Virus record (IMG/VR): IMGVR_UViG_3300017912_003441
Span: 32,001-96,000 of that record
DNA: 64,000 nucleotides
Reading direction: 5' to 3' (one strand)
DNA from: a virus
Lineage: Duplodnaviria; Caudoviricetes
Shown one piece after another: positions 40,530 to 50,030 of the stretch. Each line of letters begins with the position of its first letter. Within the stretch, counting starts at the first letter, position 1. A program made the translations under genes and the position numbers. The notes under the pieces were generated by a model, which was given only the letters and a program-made list of their open reading frames with translations, had not been told where the DNA came from and did not search any database.

Positions 40530-41549
40530 TCATAGTTCTAAGTTTAATCTTTCTATTGTTATATTAAACCAATTAGTAGGTTTAGGCTTATTAGTAGGTA
40601 TTTTTGAAAAGTTTATATTAGGGCTAAACGTTGCGTAACCTGCTTGCTCAGCGTCATTACTATTAGCATATTGTTCGTAGTGATTAGGGAGTGGTACCAT
40701 TAATAAAGGCTTACAGAGGTTAATAGCTTCAGAGCTGGTTTCGAATCCTCCTGTACAGATAACACTTGAACATACTTTCATACGTTGCTGAAATAATTCA
40801 GCATCTACATTAAACAATTTAACATTATCTGGCACGTTAATGTGTTCTTTAGTGAGCCTAGTAAAGCATTCTACTTTAGTATCAGGATATTTTCTAGCCT
40901 CATTAAACAAATCTCTTAGCATTCCTTCGTTAATGAGATAACAAAGAATAAAGTCCTCGTTATCAGCACTCTTTATATAGGCTTGTTTTCTTAATAAAGG
41001 AGGGGATATCGTTATCTTTGCATCAGGAATATCATAATAACTTAATCCGATTTTACACGATCTAAGAGATGTAGCCCAGTTAAGTATTTTTAGAAATAGC
41101 TTTTGAATCTTAAATCCTTCAATCTTAGGGTATGCTGACTGTGTCATACAAAACTGATGACTAATACTAACATACTTAGTCTGCCAATTAATCAAAGATG
41201 ACAAGCCTACAAGTGGGTCATAAAAGTTAACTATAATATCTGGTTTAGTTACTTTAATATGATATAAAATTTTTATCAAAGAGTATATTATTATCGGTAG
41301 CTTGATTGTATTATGCAAAAATGTTTTCCATAAAACCACTCTTCCTGTACTATCAAAAATAAAATCAAAGCCACTATACGTAAATAATTTGAATTCATCT
41401 TTAAAGTATTGAGGTATACCTTTTTTTTTGTTTGGTACAACAGCGCTTACAATTTCATACTCTTCTTTATTTAAATGTTCTTTAAGAGCGAGCGCTTGCG
41501 TTAAATGCCCATTACCTTCTGTACACGCACTTACTAAAATTCTTTTCAT
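40530..41549 (-). CDS. GT-B glycosyltransferase (MJ1255/VC2487-like)
   Basis: EGNGHLTQA, CTGGFETSSEA..L.KPLL.VP...HYEQ..N. Confidence 0.85.
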   Translation of the reverse strand: MKRILVSACTEGNGHLTQALALKEHLNKEEYEIVSAVVPNKKKGIPQYFKDEFKLFTYSGFDFIFDSTGRVVLWKTFLHNTIKLPIIIYSLIKILYHIKVTKPDIIVNFYDPLVGLSSLINWQTKYVSISHQFCMTQSAYPKIEGFKIQKLFLKILNWATSLRSCKIGLSYYDIPDAKITISPPLLRKQAYIKSADNEDFILCYLINEGMLRDLFNEARKYPDTKVECFTRLTKEHINVPDNVKLFNVDAELFQQRMKVCSSVICTGGFETSSEAINLCKPLLMVPLPNHYEQYANSNDAEQAGYATFSPNINFSKIPTNKPKPTNWFNITIERLNLEL

Positions 41550-42250
41550 AGTTTAATTAATTTTATTTCACCTTCAGTCGTCTCAATCACGCAAGTATTT
41601 GATTCAACAAAATCACCACAATTAACATAATGTATGCTATCTTTTTTATAATCTGCTGGTTTGTGTATATGACCGGTAATAACACCATTACTTTTACTAT
41701 TTTTAACAAATTTAAAAACAGCGTCTTCATAATTCGCCATATATTTTACAGCTTCTTTAGCTCTACTTTTGAGAAATTTACTAAAGCTAAATTTAAACCA
41801 TCTAGTTATTTTATTAAGAGCTAAGCTTAATTCGTAGAACTTTGCGCCTATAACTTGAATCCATTTATGTTTAGTAATAACCCCATCAAATTGATCCCCA
41901 TGAATAATAATATATTCTCTACCTCTAAGAGTTTTATGATATGCTGTTCTACATATTTTTATGTCTCCTAGGAAATAACCATCAAAATAAGATAAGAAAT
42001 CATCATGATTACCCCAGATATATCTAATTTTAACACCCTTTCTAGAGTGTTTTAGTAGCTTTTGAATAATAGTATTATAGTTCGGATGCCACCTAAAATT
42101 ATTTCTAAGTAACCAACCATCAATAAAATCTCCTACGATGTATATATACTCACATTCTATATTTTTAATAAGGTTGAGTATTATTTCGTGATTACTATAC
42201 TCAGAACCTAAATGGCAATCTGATATGAAAAGGGATCTCACCTTCATCAC
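41546..42250 (-). CDS. PlcP-like metallophosphoesterase (LpxH2 / phospholipase C family)
   Basis: SDCHLG, VGDFIDGW, QKLLK..RKG, GNHD, HGDQFD, GHIH, NCGDFVES. Confidence 0.88.
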   Translation of the reverse strand: MMKVRSLFISDCHLGSEYSNHEIILNLIKNIECEYIYIVGDFIDGWLLRNNFRWHPNYNTIIQKLLKHSRKGVKIRYIWGNHDDFLSYFDGYFLGDIKICRTAYHKTLRGREYIIIHGDQFDGVITKHKWIQVIGAKFYELSLALNKITRWFKFSFSKFLKSRAKEAVKYMANYEDAVFKFVKNSKSNGVITGHIHKPADYKKDSIHYVNCGDFVESNTCVIETTEGEIKLIKL

Positions 42251-42269
42251 TATTATTTATTCACTCTTA

Positions 42270-42306
42270 TATAAAAAAGGTGGCCGAAGCCACCTTTAGC
42301 ACACTA
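42270..42306 (-). repeat. terminator-containing direct repeat, copy 3
   Basis: TATAAAAAAGGTGGCCGAAGCCACCTTTAGCACACTA (+ strand). Confidence 0.85.
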
Positions 42307-42371
42307 TCTTCACACGGCAGATTATTCGCCAGGTTTATTACCTTCAATCACCTTATCTAAAAATAACTCAA

Positions 42372-43022
42372 TCATTGTTTACTCCAGAGAGCTTCAGCAA
42401 CATTAGGGAAATGATCTTTAAGGATGCTCTTACACTCCTCTGCTATATCTCTATGCTCCTTCTGTGTGTTTTCTTCTGTTCTCAAATCAATATAATGTAT
42501 CCAGCTTCTAATACTTCCTTTCATATACATAGTAGTTTGTGTTGTTAATGGCAACACCATACGAGCTTGCTCTTTAGCAACTCCTTGTGTGATAAGTTTA
42601 TCATAAGTCATCATCGCTGTATCTATAGAGTGTTGTACTACGTTCTTAAGTACAGGGTCATCTATTACATCCGAACTACTCTGTCTATTAGTCTCTGCTT
42701 TAGATCTTAATTCGATTGGCTCTATTTCTGTCGCAGCGCTATAACGTTGAGAGAATTCTTGAAAAGAAAAGCTCCTGTGTCTTAATATTTGCGCTGCAAT
42801 TGCTCTTGATGTTTTGATCTCTACACACATATCAACCATTTCAAATGGTGACCAATGTTTATGCTTTATTAGAAACTTAAGCAGCCTAGGAGCTGTTTGT
42901 GCGTTGTTTTGATTTTCTGGGTTACTTACTCGAGCACAATATGCAATTAAGTCTTCAGGGAAACCAGTTGCTTCATGATCGAACGGCTGGGTGAGTGATA
43001 TAAGTTTAACTTTGTTATTCAT
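42372..43022 (-). CDS. thyX: flavin-dependent thymidylate synthase
   Basis: HWSPFE and RHRSFSFQEFSQRY signature. Confidence 0.96.
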   Translation of the reverse strand: MNNKVKLISLTQPFDHEATGFPEDLIAYCARVSNPENQNNAQTAPRLLKFLIKHKHWSPFEMVDMCVEIKTSRAIAAQILRHRSFSFQEFSQRYSAATEIEPIELRSKAETNRQSSSDVIDDPVLKNVVQHSIDTAMMTYDKLITQGVAKEQARMVLPLTTQTTMYMKGSIRSWIHYIDLRTEENTQKEHRDIAEECKSILKDHFPNVAEALWSKQ

Positions 43023-43073
43023 TATTTTTGGTCATCGCGACAATGTATATTTCATAAATATATTTAGATTGTA

Positions 43074-43268
43074 ATGGTTAATAGACCACAGTGGCCTTTG
43101 AATAGCGAGGTGCTTAGAAACTATACTCTTTATATGGAAAACGAACTTGGACATAATTATTTGAATACTTCATTTACTGGAGCGACTACGGCTGAGAATC
43201 CACAAGTACAAGAACAAGATACTGAACAAGAGGAGTGTTGCGGTAGCGGGTGTGGGTGCCATGATTAG
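43074..43268 (+). CDS. small protein with CCGSGCGCH terminus
   Basis: CATAAATA upstream; Cys-rich tail. Confidence 0.45.
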   Translation: MVNRPQWPLNSEVLRNYTLYMENELGHNYLNTSFTGATTAENPQVQEQDTEQEECCGSGCGCHD

Positions 43269-43684
43269 ATTATATCCACTTGGATATTATTTTTACGTAG
43301 AAAGTCGATACCATCGGTAATTCTATACGCTTCAGCGCAAACAACTCTCTTTATCTCTGCTTGAACAATTAACTTAGCACAATCAAAGCATGGGCTCAGA
43401 GTTAAATAGATTGTGCTACCTTTACTACTGTTCGCGCCTTTAGCTAGTTTCATTAAAGCATTAGACTCAGCGTGTAATACTTCTCGCTTTGTCGTTAAAA
43501 CCCCTGATACAAAATGCTCACACTCATTATCAAACCCTGAAGGAGTGCCATTATACCCATCGGAAATAATTTGACCATCTTTAACAACTAGACAGCCTAC
43601 CTTCTTACGAGTAGCCTTTGATAGATTAGCCCATACAGCGGCCATCCTCAAATAAGTTTTATCTAATTCTAACTGACTAGGCAT
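43265..43684 (-). CDS. dCMP deaminase
   Basis: GYNGTP, HAESNA, SPCFDC. Confidence 0.95.
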   Translation of the reverse strand: MPSQLELDKTYLRMAAVWANLSKATRKKVGCLVVKDGQIISDGYNGTPSGFDNECEHFVSGVLTTKREVLHAESNALMKLAKGANSSKGSTIYLTLSPCFDCAKLIVQAEIKRVVCAEAYRITDGIDFLRKNNIQVDII

Positions 43685-44414
43685 TCCAAAGTTGTAGTTG
43701 TTTGTGTAAGTTTCCTTGATACTTGTGACGACCAATATGAACTAAATTAGTATCTGTAGCGCAGTAGATCTCTCCACCACATTCTTTCCATAGCTGACAA
43801 AATCCATAATCTTCACTCTCATACTTCTTCGTCTTAGGATTAACTCTCACTGAGAAGAAGTCATAGAAATTATCACCTGCTCCCATATAAAAATCAATAT
43901 CATTTTTGTACTTTAAGTCTGGTCGAGCTTTAATTATTGTCTCAAATACTGATCTATGTATCAACATAAAACCAGTAGCACCATAATTTACTTTGATAAC
44001 TTTATCTAATTTAGTACCTGCAGGTATCTCTGTACTAAAGTCTGTAGAATAACTTTCCCAGTCTTTATCTAAAGATTGTTTACGTTTAATGTAGTCTTCA
44101 ATCTTTTCTTTTCTAAGATACTTCTTACAATAAGCTCCTATTGCTAATGGCTTCTTTACCTTTGCGACCTCATTAAAGTCATTTGGTTCAAAGGCCATGT
44201 CAGTATCAACAAAGAGCATATAGTCACAATCAGATTTTAAGAAGAAAGCTGCAGCACTATTTCGACCTCTACTGATTAAGCTCTCTGCTGTTATGGGGTG
44301 GAATATTGCTGCATATCTTCTGCTTTGGAGCGAATGCTGAAGCTTCATCATACTCATCATGAACTCAGCATGAACCTGACCTCCGTATGCTATTATTGGT
44401 ATGAATATCCTCAC
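43677..44414 (-). CDS. GT-A fold glycosyltransferase-like phage protein
   Basis: ESLISRGRN, LFVDTD (DxD), TGFMLI, SEDYGFC. Confidence 0.75.
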   Translation of the reverse strand: MRIFIPIIAYGGQVHAEFMMSMMKLQHSLQSRRYAAIFHPITAESLISRGRNSAAAFFLKSDCDYMLFVDTDMAFEPNDFNEVAKVKKPLAIGAYCKKYLRKEKIEDYIKRKQSLDKDWESYSTDFSTEIPAGTKLDKVIKVNYGATGFMLIHRSVFETIIKARPDLKYKNDIDFYMGAGDNFYDFFSVRVNPKTKKYESEDYGFCQLWKECGGEIYCATDTNLVHIGRHKYQGNLHKQLQLWNA

Positions 44415-44620
44415 TCAGTAATAAGCATTTCGTTCTGACTAGCGCCAGCAGGAGAGTTAGACAGTTTTAATATTGTGTCTAAGTCTTCTTTTACTTTTGT
44501 GCTTCCCCATCTAGTACAAATGACTGTACCTTCAGGTAGTGGGTCTATACTTACAACAGTATCGAGATTGAATAACATCTCAGCATTATCTGAGCCGTGT
44601 AGTTTAATGAAGTGTGCCAT
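44411..44620 (-). CDS. FlbD-like small protein
   Basis: FIKL...FNLDTVVSI...T....VKEDLD. Confidence 0.5.
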   Translation of the reverse strand: MAHFIKLHGSDNAEMLFNLDTVVSIDPLPEGTVICTRWGSTKVKEDLDTILKLSNSPAGASQNEMLITE

Positions 44621-45186
44621 TATTTTTTATATTGATCTAGAGCGGAAGGATCTTTCTTTAGACGTTCTGAAACTTTGTATGCTTGCTCTCTTACCTTGTA
44701 TGGTATTTGAGTTTTTAATTGCGCATAACTCGATAAGCGAGAGAACAAACAAGCTAACTTATCCCACATTTTAACGAGAGGTTTATTTCTATACTCGTCG
44801 AAATATTGTTGCTCAATCTTCCACATAGTTTCCTGCTCTTGCTTCTCTTTCTTTGTCTGAACAACATGAGTACCAACAAACTCTTTAGAATCTAGTTTAC
44901 CGTTCTTAAAGACAAACTTAAAGTCGAACCAATGCTCAGTCTCGCTTTCATCTTTTACTGATGTGTAAAAGTCAACCGCACCTGTATATGTATCCTTCTC
45001 CCAATTGTCTTCGCTTAGCACTGATGCTTTATATAATTGTCTACGATGGACTTTATAAGTAAACATCGCATTCTCTAAGCTTTTAGTTTGAAAGACTACG
45101 TCATCATCAAATAATTTTTCTGTCTTCTTATCTAAGATACCTCTCAAATAAGCTACCGGTACTTTAATATCGTCGAACATTCCCAT
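44620..45186 (-). CDS. hypothetical phage protein
   Basis: MGMFD...FQTKSL motif. Confidence 0.6.
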   Translation of the reverse strand: MGMFDDIKVPVAYLRGILDKKTEKLFDDDVVFQTKSLENAMFTYKVHRRQLYKASVLSEDNWEKDTYTGAVDFYTSVKDESETEHWFDFKFVFKNGKLDSKEFVGTHVVQTKKEKQEQETMWKIEQQYFDEYRNKPLVKMWDKLACLFSRLSSYAQLKTQIPYKVREQAYKVSERLKKDPSALDQYKK

Positions 45187-45191
45187 ATTAA

Positions 45192-45392
45192 TTAATTAGG
45201 TAAAGGGTTAGTAAGTACCACTTTATATTTTCCTTCTGGAGCATCTTCTCCTTCTGCACGAGGTATTAGGGTACCAAATATTGCTTCATGTGCTCTTGTT
45301 ACGCAGAGTGCGCTACCGTTGGGGTCGTTCAACCTGTCTATAATATGCTTCTTCAGCTCATCTAACGTTCTATATGCAATGTCGTCTTTCAT
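45192..45392 (-). CDS. hypothetical protein
   Basis: Weakly similar to 46996..47196. Confidence 0.5.
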   Translation of the reverse strand: MKDDIAYRTLDELKKHIIDRLNDPNGSALCVTRAHEAIFGTLIPRAEGEDAPEGKYKVVLTNPLPN

Positions 45393-45405
45393 TCTTCTAA
45401 ATTAA

Positions 45406-45559
45406 AGTCGTCGCAGCGCCACCCGCGATACGATAACCCTCTAGTTGGTTATCCAGTGTAAGATGTCTTACCATCCCTGTCCAGCATCGACCAGTCTGGG
45501 TCGCTTCTCTGTATCTAGATTCGAGATCGTTGGCAATGGAGGCGTTGTACTCACCGACT
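45406..45559. ncRNA. candidate structured non-coding RNA
   Basis: GC-rich intergenic stretch with closing stems and 3 or more internal hairpins. Confidence 0.55.
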
Positions 45560-45572
45560 ATTAAATTCTTTA

Positions 45573-46016
45573 TCATACGGGCCAGTAATATTCTAGATTA
45601 TCTGGAGTAGAAGGCCATAACTTTCTGTACCAGCTACTATCTTTTTGAGTCAACATACTACGATGAGACTCATGAAGCTTATGAATACCTAACCACGGAG
45701 GAAATACTAACTGTTTCGAATGATCATAAAGAGCAGATATTTTCTCGTAACAAGTATCTTTGTAGCCGCGTTCTTTCCAAGCCTTACATACTGCTTGACC
45801 ATAATAAACTAATGCGTTAGCATAGTCATGTTTACCTTTAAGGTACCACATTTTACGACATGGATGATTCTTCCAGCCTCTATACGGTCTATCTTCTTTC
45901 GATGCTTTGATAGAGTTAAGCAATTGAAGTACTTCTACTCTCTGCTTACCTAGACGCTTCTGGTCTAATACCTTCGCACTCTGATAGAAATTGTTATATG
46001 GTAGAAACGTTTGCAT
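45573..46016 (-). CDS. pyrimidine-dimer DNA glycosylase / endonuclease V-like (MSMEG_6728 family)
   Basis: MQTFLP...LDQKRLGKQRVE...HP...MW...SHRSML...Y.WP. Confidence 0.85.
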   Translation of the reverse strand: MQTFLPYNNFYQSAKVLDQKRLGKQRVEVLQLLNSIKASKEDRPYRGWKNHPCRKMWYLKGKHDYANALVYYGQAVCKAWKERGYKDTCYEKISALYDHSKQLVFPPWLGIHKLHESHRSMLTQKDSSWYRKLWPSTPDNLEYYWPV

Positions 46017-46939
46017 TACTTCTTGAATATGTAGTGAGTTTTACTTTTACCTGCCTTATCAGCTTCCACAATTATACCATCATCCCGAAGTTTTTTCAAC
46101 ACATAATATGCTCGAGGTTTGTTTTTGATCTTCTTGGTCACCTCGTCAATGCTAAACTTACCATCCTTAATCTTATCCGCAAGTTGCTTGATCGTAGTCG
46201 TCTCAGACTTGATGCGATGACTCTTCGGTGATGCTGTATTCTCTGCTTTTACTTCCTTGACTGTAGTCCAATCATAACCACGCGCAGTAAAGTTTAGCTC
46301 TCGAACTAATGTAGGTCCGAATCTATTCTTAGTAATATTCAGCACCACAGACTTATCTTCCATCTCGTCGAAGTCATCATGACGAGTCAAATGACACACC
46401 ACATCCACAGAGTGCGGCAACAACGTACTTCCTTTCATCTTACCAGTCTTAGTAATATGAGAGATAATGAATACTGTAGTCTGATGCTTCTTAGCTGCAG
46501 CGCAAATCTTCTCAACACATTCTTTCTCATGAGCCAATCCGCGCTTGTTTGTATTCAGTGACTGGAAGCTATCTATGACTAACGCATCAAAGCTCGGGAT
46601 ATGTTTGAGGATGGAGTTAAGGTTAGTCTCATTACAAGCTAGAACATTCTTGACACCAATCCGATCACAATTGACCTTAAGCAGCTCTATGCACTCTTCT
46701 CCAGAAATATATCCTACATTGTATTTCCGAATGGCGAGCTCCTCAAGCACTTGCAACAGGAATGTAGTCTTACCAGTGCCAGGTTCCCCGCTCATAACAA
46801 CAGTGCTAGAAGGGAGAAAACCATCACCAAAAGCATTATCTACTACGTCGATTCCAGACTTTAGACGATTGTAAAAGATATCAGGGACATCGATATTCGA
46901 TATCTTTTCGAATTTAGTTTTGTTTATGTTTAATTTCAT
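46016..46939 (-). CDS. RadA/Sms-like RecA-family ATPase
   Basis: GEPGTGKTT, YISGEE, IDSFQ, HITK.G, KNRFG. Confidence 0.88.
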   Translation of the reverse strand: MKLNINKTKFEKISNIDVPDIFYNRLKSGIDVVDNAFGDGFLPSSTVVMSGEPGTGKTTFLLQVLEELAIRKYNVGYISGEECIELLKVNCDRIGVKNVLACNETNLNSILKHIPSFDALVIDSFQSLNTNKRGLAHEKECVEKICAAAKKHQTTVFIISHITKTGKMKGSTLLPHSVDVVCHLTRHDDFDEMEDKSVVLNITKNRFGPTLVRELNFTARGYDWTTVKEVKAENTASPKSHRIKSETTTIKQLADKIKDGKFSIDEVTKKIKNKPRAYYVLKKLRDDGIIVEADKAGKSKTHYIFKK

Positions 46940-46995
46940 CTCTGACAACACCAAGATTATAGCGTAGCCAGAGATCTAGTCAAGTCTAAACTCGA

Positions 46996-47196
46996 CTATG
47001 ACTCGTAAACATAAACCCATTCCTCTCCAGTTCCTTCGACTTCAGCTTCATCTGTTACGATGTTTCCGGATAAGGATTCATATGCTTTACATACGAGAGA
47101 TGTATCGTTTGCGGATCTCATCTTTTCGATTACATATTGTCTTAATTCTTCTACTGGTTTTACTTTCATATGCTTGTGATTGTGACGGGTTATCAT
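46996..47196 (-). CDS. hypothetical protein
   Basis: ORF track. Confidence 0.45.
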   Translation of the reverse strand: MITRHNHKHMKVKPVEELRQYVIEKMRSANDTSLVCKAYESLSGNIVTDEAEVEGTGEEWVYVYES

Positions 47197-47342
47197 TATT
47201 AGCGCCCTTGTCCTCTATATTTCTTTGTATAGAGTTTAGAGCCTTTTTGGTTGCTAGTTTTATTTTTAGAATGGCGACCATTCATTCTTTTCTTTTCATT
47301 TAGTCCTAACTTACTAGTTGTTGTCTTTTTTGCCATAAATTT

Positions 47343-47657
47343 TTACCATTTGTGTATAATATTAGCTATAATAAAAAAGCAAGTTATAACATTAATTAAG
47401 ATAATACTCGTACGGAATATTAAACTAACGTTAGCTTGCTCTAGGGATAAGATAGGTATTTGAGGCTCATCATCATCTGTTTTACCTATCCGATGATCAA
47501 CAGTTCGGCACCATATTAACCATAACTGTTTTAATTTCGATGTGTGACCAACATGGGTGAGGTTTGGTATGGCTGGTTTTTTTCGACCCTCAAACCACGA
47601 CCACATAAAGAAGCAACCAAACACAACACCAAAAGAATACGGTAACAATACTTCCAT
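47343..47657 (-). CDS. membrane protein
   Basis: Two hydrophobic segments. Confidence 0.55.
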   Translation of the reverse strand: MEVLLPYSFGVVFGCFFMWSWFEGRKKPAIPNLTHVGHTSKLKQLWLIWCRTVDHRIGKTDDDEPQIPILSLEQANVSLIFRTSIILINVITCFFIIANIIHKW

Positions 47658-47676
47658 ATTAATTTTAATTATTTAA

Positions 47677-47752
47677 TGGAGCCAGTTGTCAGATTCGAAC
47701 CGACGACCGTTCGATTACAAATCGAGTGCTCTACCAACTGAGCTAAACTGGC
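47677..47752 (-). tRNA. tRNA-Thr(UGU)
   Basis: Canonical cloverleaf, loop TT-TGT-AA, GGTTCGAATC, CCA. Confidence 0.95.
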
Positions 47753-47753
47753 G

Positions 47754-48119
47754 TTACTTAGCTACTCTATATACATCATTATCATGATGATAGGTACTAA
47801 CTTCGATGGCAGTAACACCGCCATCCTTTGCCATTAAACGATGAGCAACATTCTGTTCGATTTCAAAACATTCCTCTGAATCAACATCGTATTGAACTAA
47901 TTCTGCATTGTCTGGCTCAATAACTTCTATAGTCAAAGTGCCTTGTAAGACATATATTGTTTTATGTTTTAGAGAATGGAAATGAGTCGATGTAGTATGA
48001 TTTTGGTTTATATTGAGAATGCGACCACTATAATTATTATTTTCGTTGTCGACAATCTTAATAACATTACCCCAATCTTTATTTGTTACAGCTCCATATC
48101 TCTTATGTCTTACTTTCAT
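47754..48119 (-). CDS. cupin-fold protein (paralog of 30848..31213)
   Basis: KDWG, STHFH..KH, HRL, EVSTYH...DVYRV. Confidence 0.8.
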   Translation of the reverse strand: MKVRHKRYGAVTNKDWGNVIKIVDNENNNYSGRILNINQNHTTSTHFHSLKHKTIYVLQGTLTIEVIEPDNAELVQYDVDSEECFEIEQNVAHRLMAKDGGVTAIEVSTYHHDNDVYRVAK

Positions 48120-48214
48120 TTTAATTAATTATGTACCTATTGGTTTATTTCAAATGAGTTATTCTGCAACAACTTTGTAGAAGTTATTGTTAATAGAGGA
48201 GGTGGTAATTATTT

Positions 48215-48751
48215 TTATTGTCTTTTTCTGTTAAGAAATTGAAAAAATGATCCCTCTAAGTTTGCTATAAAAATTTTATTTACAATACGAGATCTAATAT
48301 GTTTTTGAATTACATTGTTTACTCTAATTGGATCAATTAATGGGGAATTTTGCTTAGACACTATCTCTTCTAATTGCTCTATAGACATTTTAGATAGTTG
48401 TTCCTCGGTATAAATTTCTGGATTCTTATCTTTTTTAAATGGTAAAATACACGTACCAAAAATAGCAACACATAGACCAGATGCAGTAGTAATCATTGCT
48501 TTTGAAATACCATAAGACAAGCCCTGTACATCTGCTCCTGCTCGTTGAAGAGCGTTAAATGTATCTATCATACCTACAACTGTTCCTAACAAACCTAATA
48601 ACGGAACCACCCCTATCATTAGATTAGTAAAATTTTTTGTATATCTTCGGCTCCAATAGAAAACACCTATAAAAAAAGAAGATAAAAGTATAACGAGATT
48701 AACAGTACCACCTGACCACCAGTAGTCCCAACAAAATTTTAAATATTCCAC
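48215..48751 (-). CDS. MotA/TolQ/ExbB proton-channel family protein
   Basis: PLLGLLGTVVGMI.TF...GIS.AMITTASGL.VAI. Confidence 0.85.
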   Translation of the reverse strand: MEYLKFCWDYWWSGGTVNLVILLSSFFIGVFYWSRRYTKNFTNLMIGVVPLLGLLGTVVGMIDTFNALQRAGADVQGLSYGISKAMITTASGLCVAIFGTCILPFKKDKNPEIYTEEQLSKMSIEQLEEIVSKQNSPLIDPIRVNNVIQKHIRSRIVNKIFIANLEGSFFQFLNRKRQ

Positions 48752-48819
48752 ACTTTAACTTAGTATACGAAGTTTAGGGTTCGATTAAGATTGTATTAAG
48801 ATTCGTCAAAGATTTAATA

Positions 48820-48896
48820 TGGCACTCCAGACTGGACTTGAACCAGTAACCACCTGCTTAGAAGGCAGATGCTCTATCCAATTGAGCTACTGGAGC
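48820..48896 (-). tRNA. tRNA-Arg(UCU)
   Basis: Canonical cloverleaf, loop CT-TCT-AA, CCA. Confidence 0.95.
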
Positions 48897-48977
48897 TAAA
48901 CTAAGTACATGGCTGCTAATATACAATTTGCAATGACTAATATTAATATTAGCATCCACATTGCGATCTTTTCATTT

Positions 48978-49196
48978 TTAGTCATTCTCATTAGTATATG
49001 ATTGTGCTTTGACTATTCGATAGTCATGAAACTCTTTGAACTCTTCAACATATTTTGCAGCATCTACTCTTTCGTCAAATACCGCATCTGGCTCTGTTCC
49101 ATGGACATCCATCACATAATAACGATATGTGTCGTCATAAACTTGTTGCGTAGTAGTACAACCACACAATCCTACTAGTAATAATAACTTCTTCAT
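48978..49196 (-). CDS. small lipoprotein
   Basis: MKKLLLLVGLCGC lipobox. Confidence 0.6.
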   Translation of the reverse strand: MKKLLLLVGLCGCTTTQQVYDDTYRYYVMDVHGTEPDAVFDERVDAAKYVEEFKEFHDYRIVKAQSYTNEND

Positions 49197-49201
49197 TTAA
49201 A

Positions 49202-49288
49202 TGGTACCAGTGGTCGGACTCGAACCGACAAGCCCAAAAGGGCGACAGATTTTAAGTCTGTTGTGTTTGCCAATTTCACCACACTGGC
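49202..49288 (-). tRNA. tRNA-Leu(UAA)
   Basis: Long variable arm, loop CT-TAA-AA, CCA. Confidence 0.95.
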
Positions 49289-49289
49289 T

Positions 49290-49742
49290 CTATTGTAGCT
49301 TAGTAAAGAATGGTTCATTCACATTAACCCAGATAACTTGATCCCCATTCTTCGTAATCTTAGCTGACTTCTTCTCCCATCGAATTACATTAATATGATT
49401 ACGCATCTCGAGTAGATCATATGAATAAATGTTTTTGTTCTCATAATCTACAGCGTAAATACTATCAGCACTCGATGTAAATAACCAACCCGGAGATCCA
49501 TTTTTCTTACCTACTTCGACACAATGCCAACCTTTGTAAATATTGTTCTTTACATCAATGGTTCTATCTCCAACACTAGAGTCAATCTTTTTATGGACTT
49601 GACTTTCAATATCAGTTTTGTGTTCATAAGTTATACTATTATGCAGAAAATATTCTTCTACTAGCTTTTCACCTAGGTCTCCTTTACGACCACTTGCTCC
49701 GTGTCGTCCTTCTGAATTTGCGTACCAAGTCATAATGTCCAA
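49290..49742 (-). CDS. PD-(D/E)XK nuclease-like protein
   Basis: G.LGE, ID...IDVK, E...GW. Confidence 0.65.
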   Translation of the reverse strand: MDIMTWYANSEGRHGASGRKGDLGEKLVEEYFLHNSITYEHKTDIESQVHKKIDSSVGDRTIDVKNNIYKGWHCVEVGKKNGSPGWLFTSSADSIYAVDYENKNIYSYDLLEMRNHINVIRWEKKSAKITKNGDQVIWVNVNEPFFTKLQ

Positions 49743-50030
49743 ACTAACCAGTTAAGAAAAAGAATGAACCAAATGTCATCTTTTGCTAATTCTTTAATAA
49801 CGTACCATGTCATAACTCTATATTATGTGATCTAGAGAGGATGTCAACTACCAAAACCATACGAAATAGTCTTGACCGTCTACTTCTTCAGGGAGGATAT
49901 CATATTGATAATTCGACGAAGGAGAGATGGTCGTTTTAGCTCGCCGTTTTTTCTTAGCATCTCGTTTATTCCTTGTAGCTCTTTTAGGGATGCAGACCAT
50001 CTTTCATCTTTCCAAGTAATAGCTATAATC

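Noticed and set aside
39231-42306. CRISPR array from the repeated hairpins
   Set aside because: Only three copies, 1.2-1.8 kb apart, each a typical terminator; no cas genes
49290-49742. Homing endonuclease or intron next to tRNA-Leu
   Set aside because: The tRNA is uninterrupted and there is no HNH, GIY-YIG or LAGLIDADG motif; kept only as a PD-(D/E)XK-like protein
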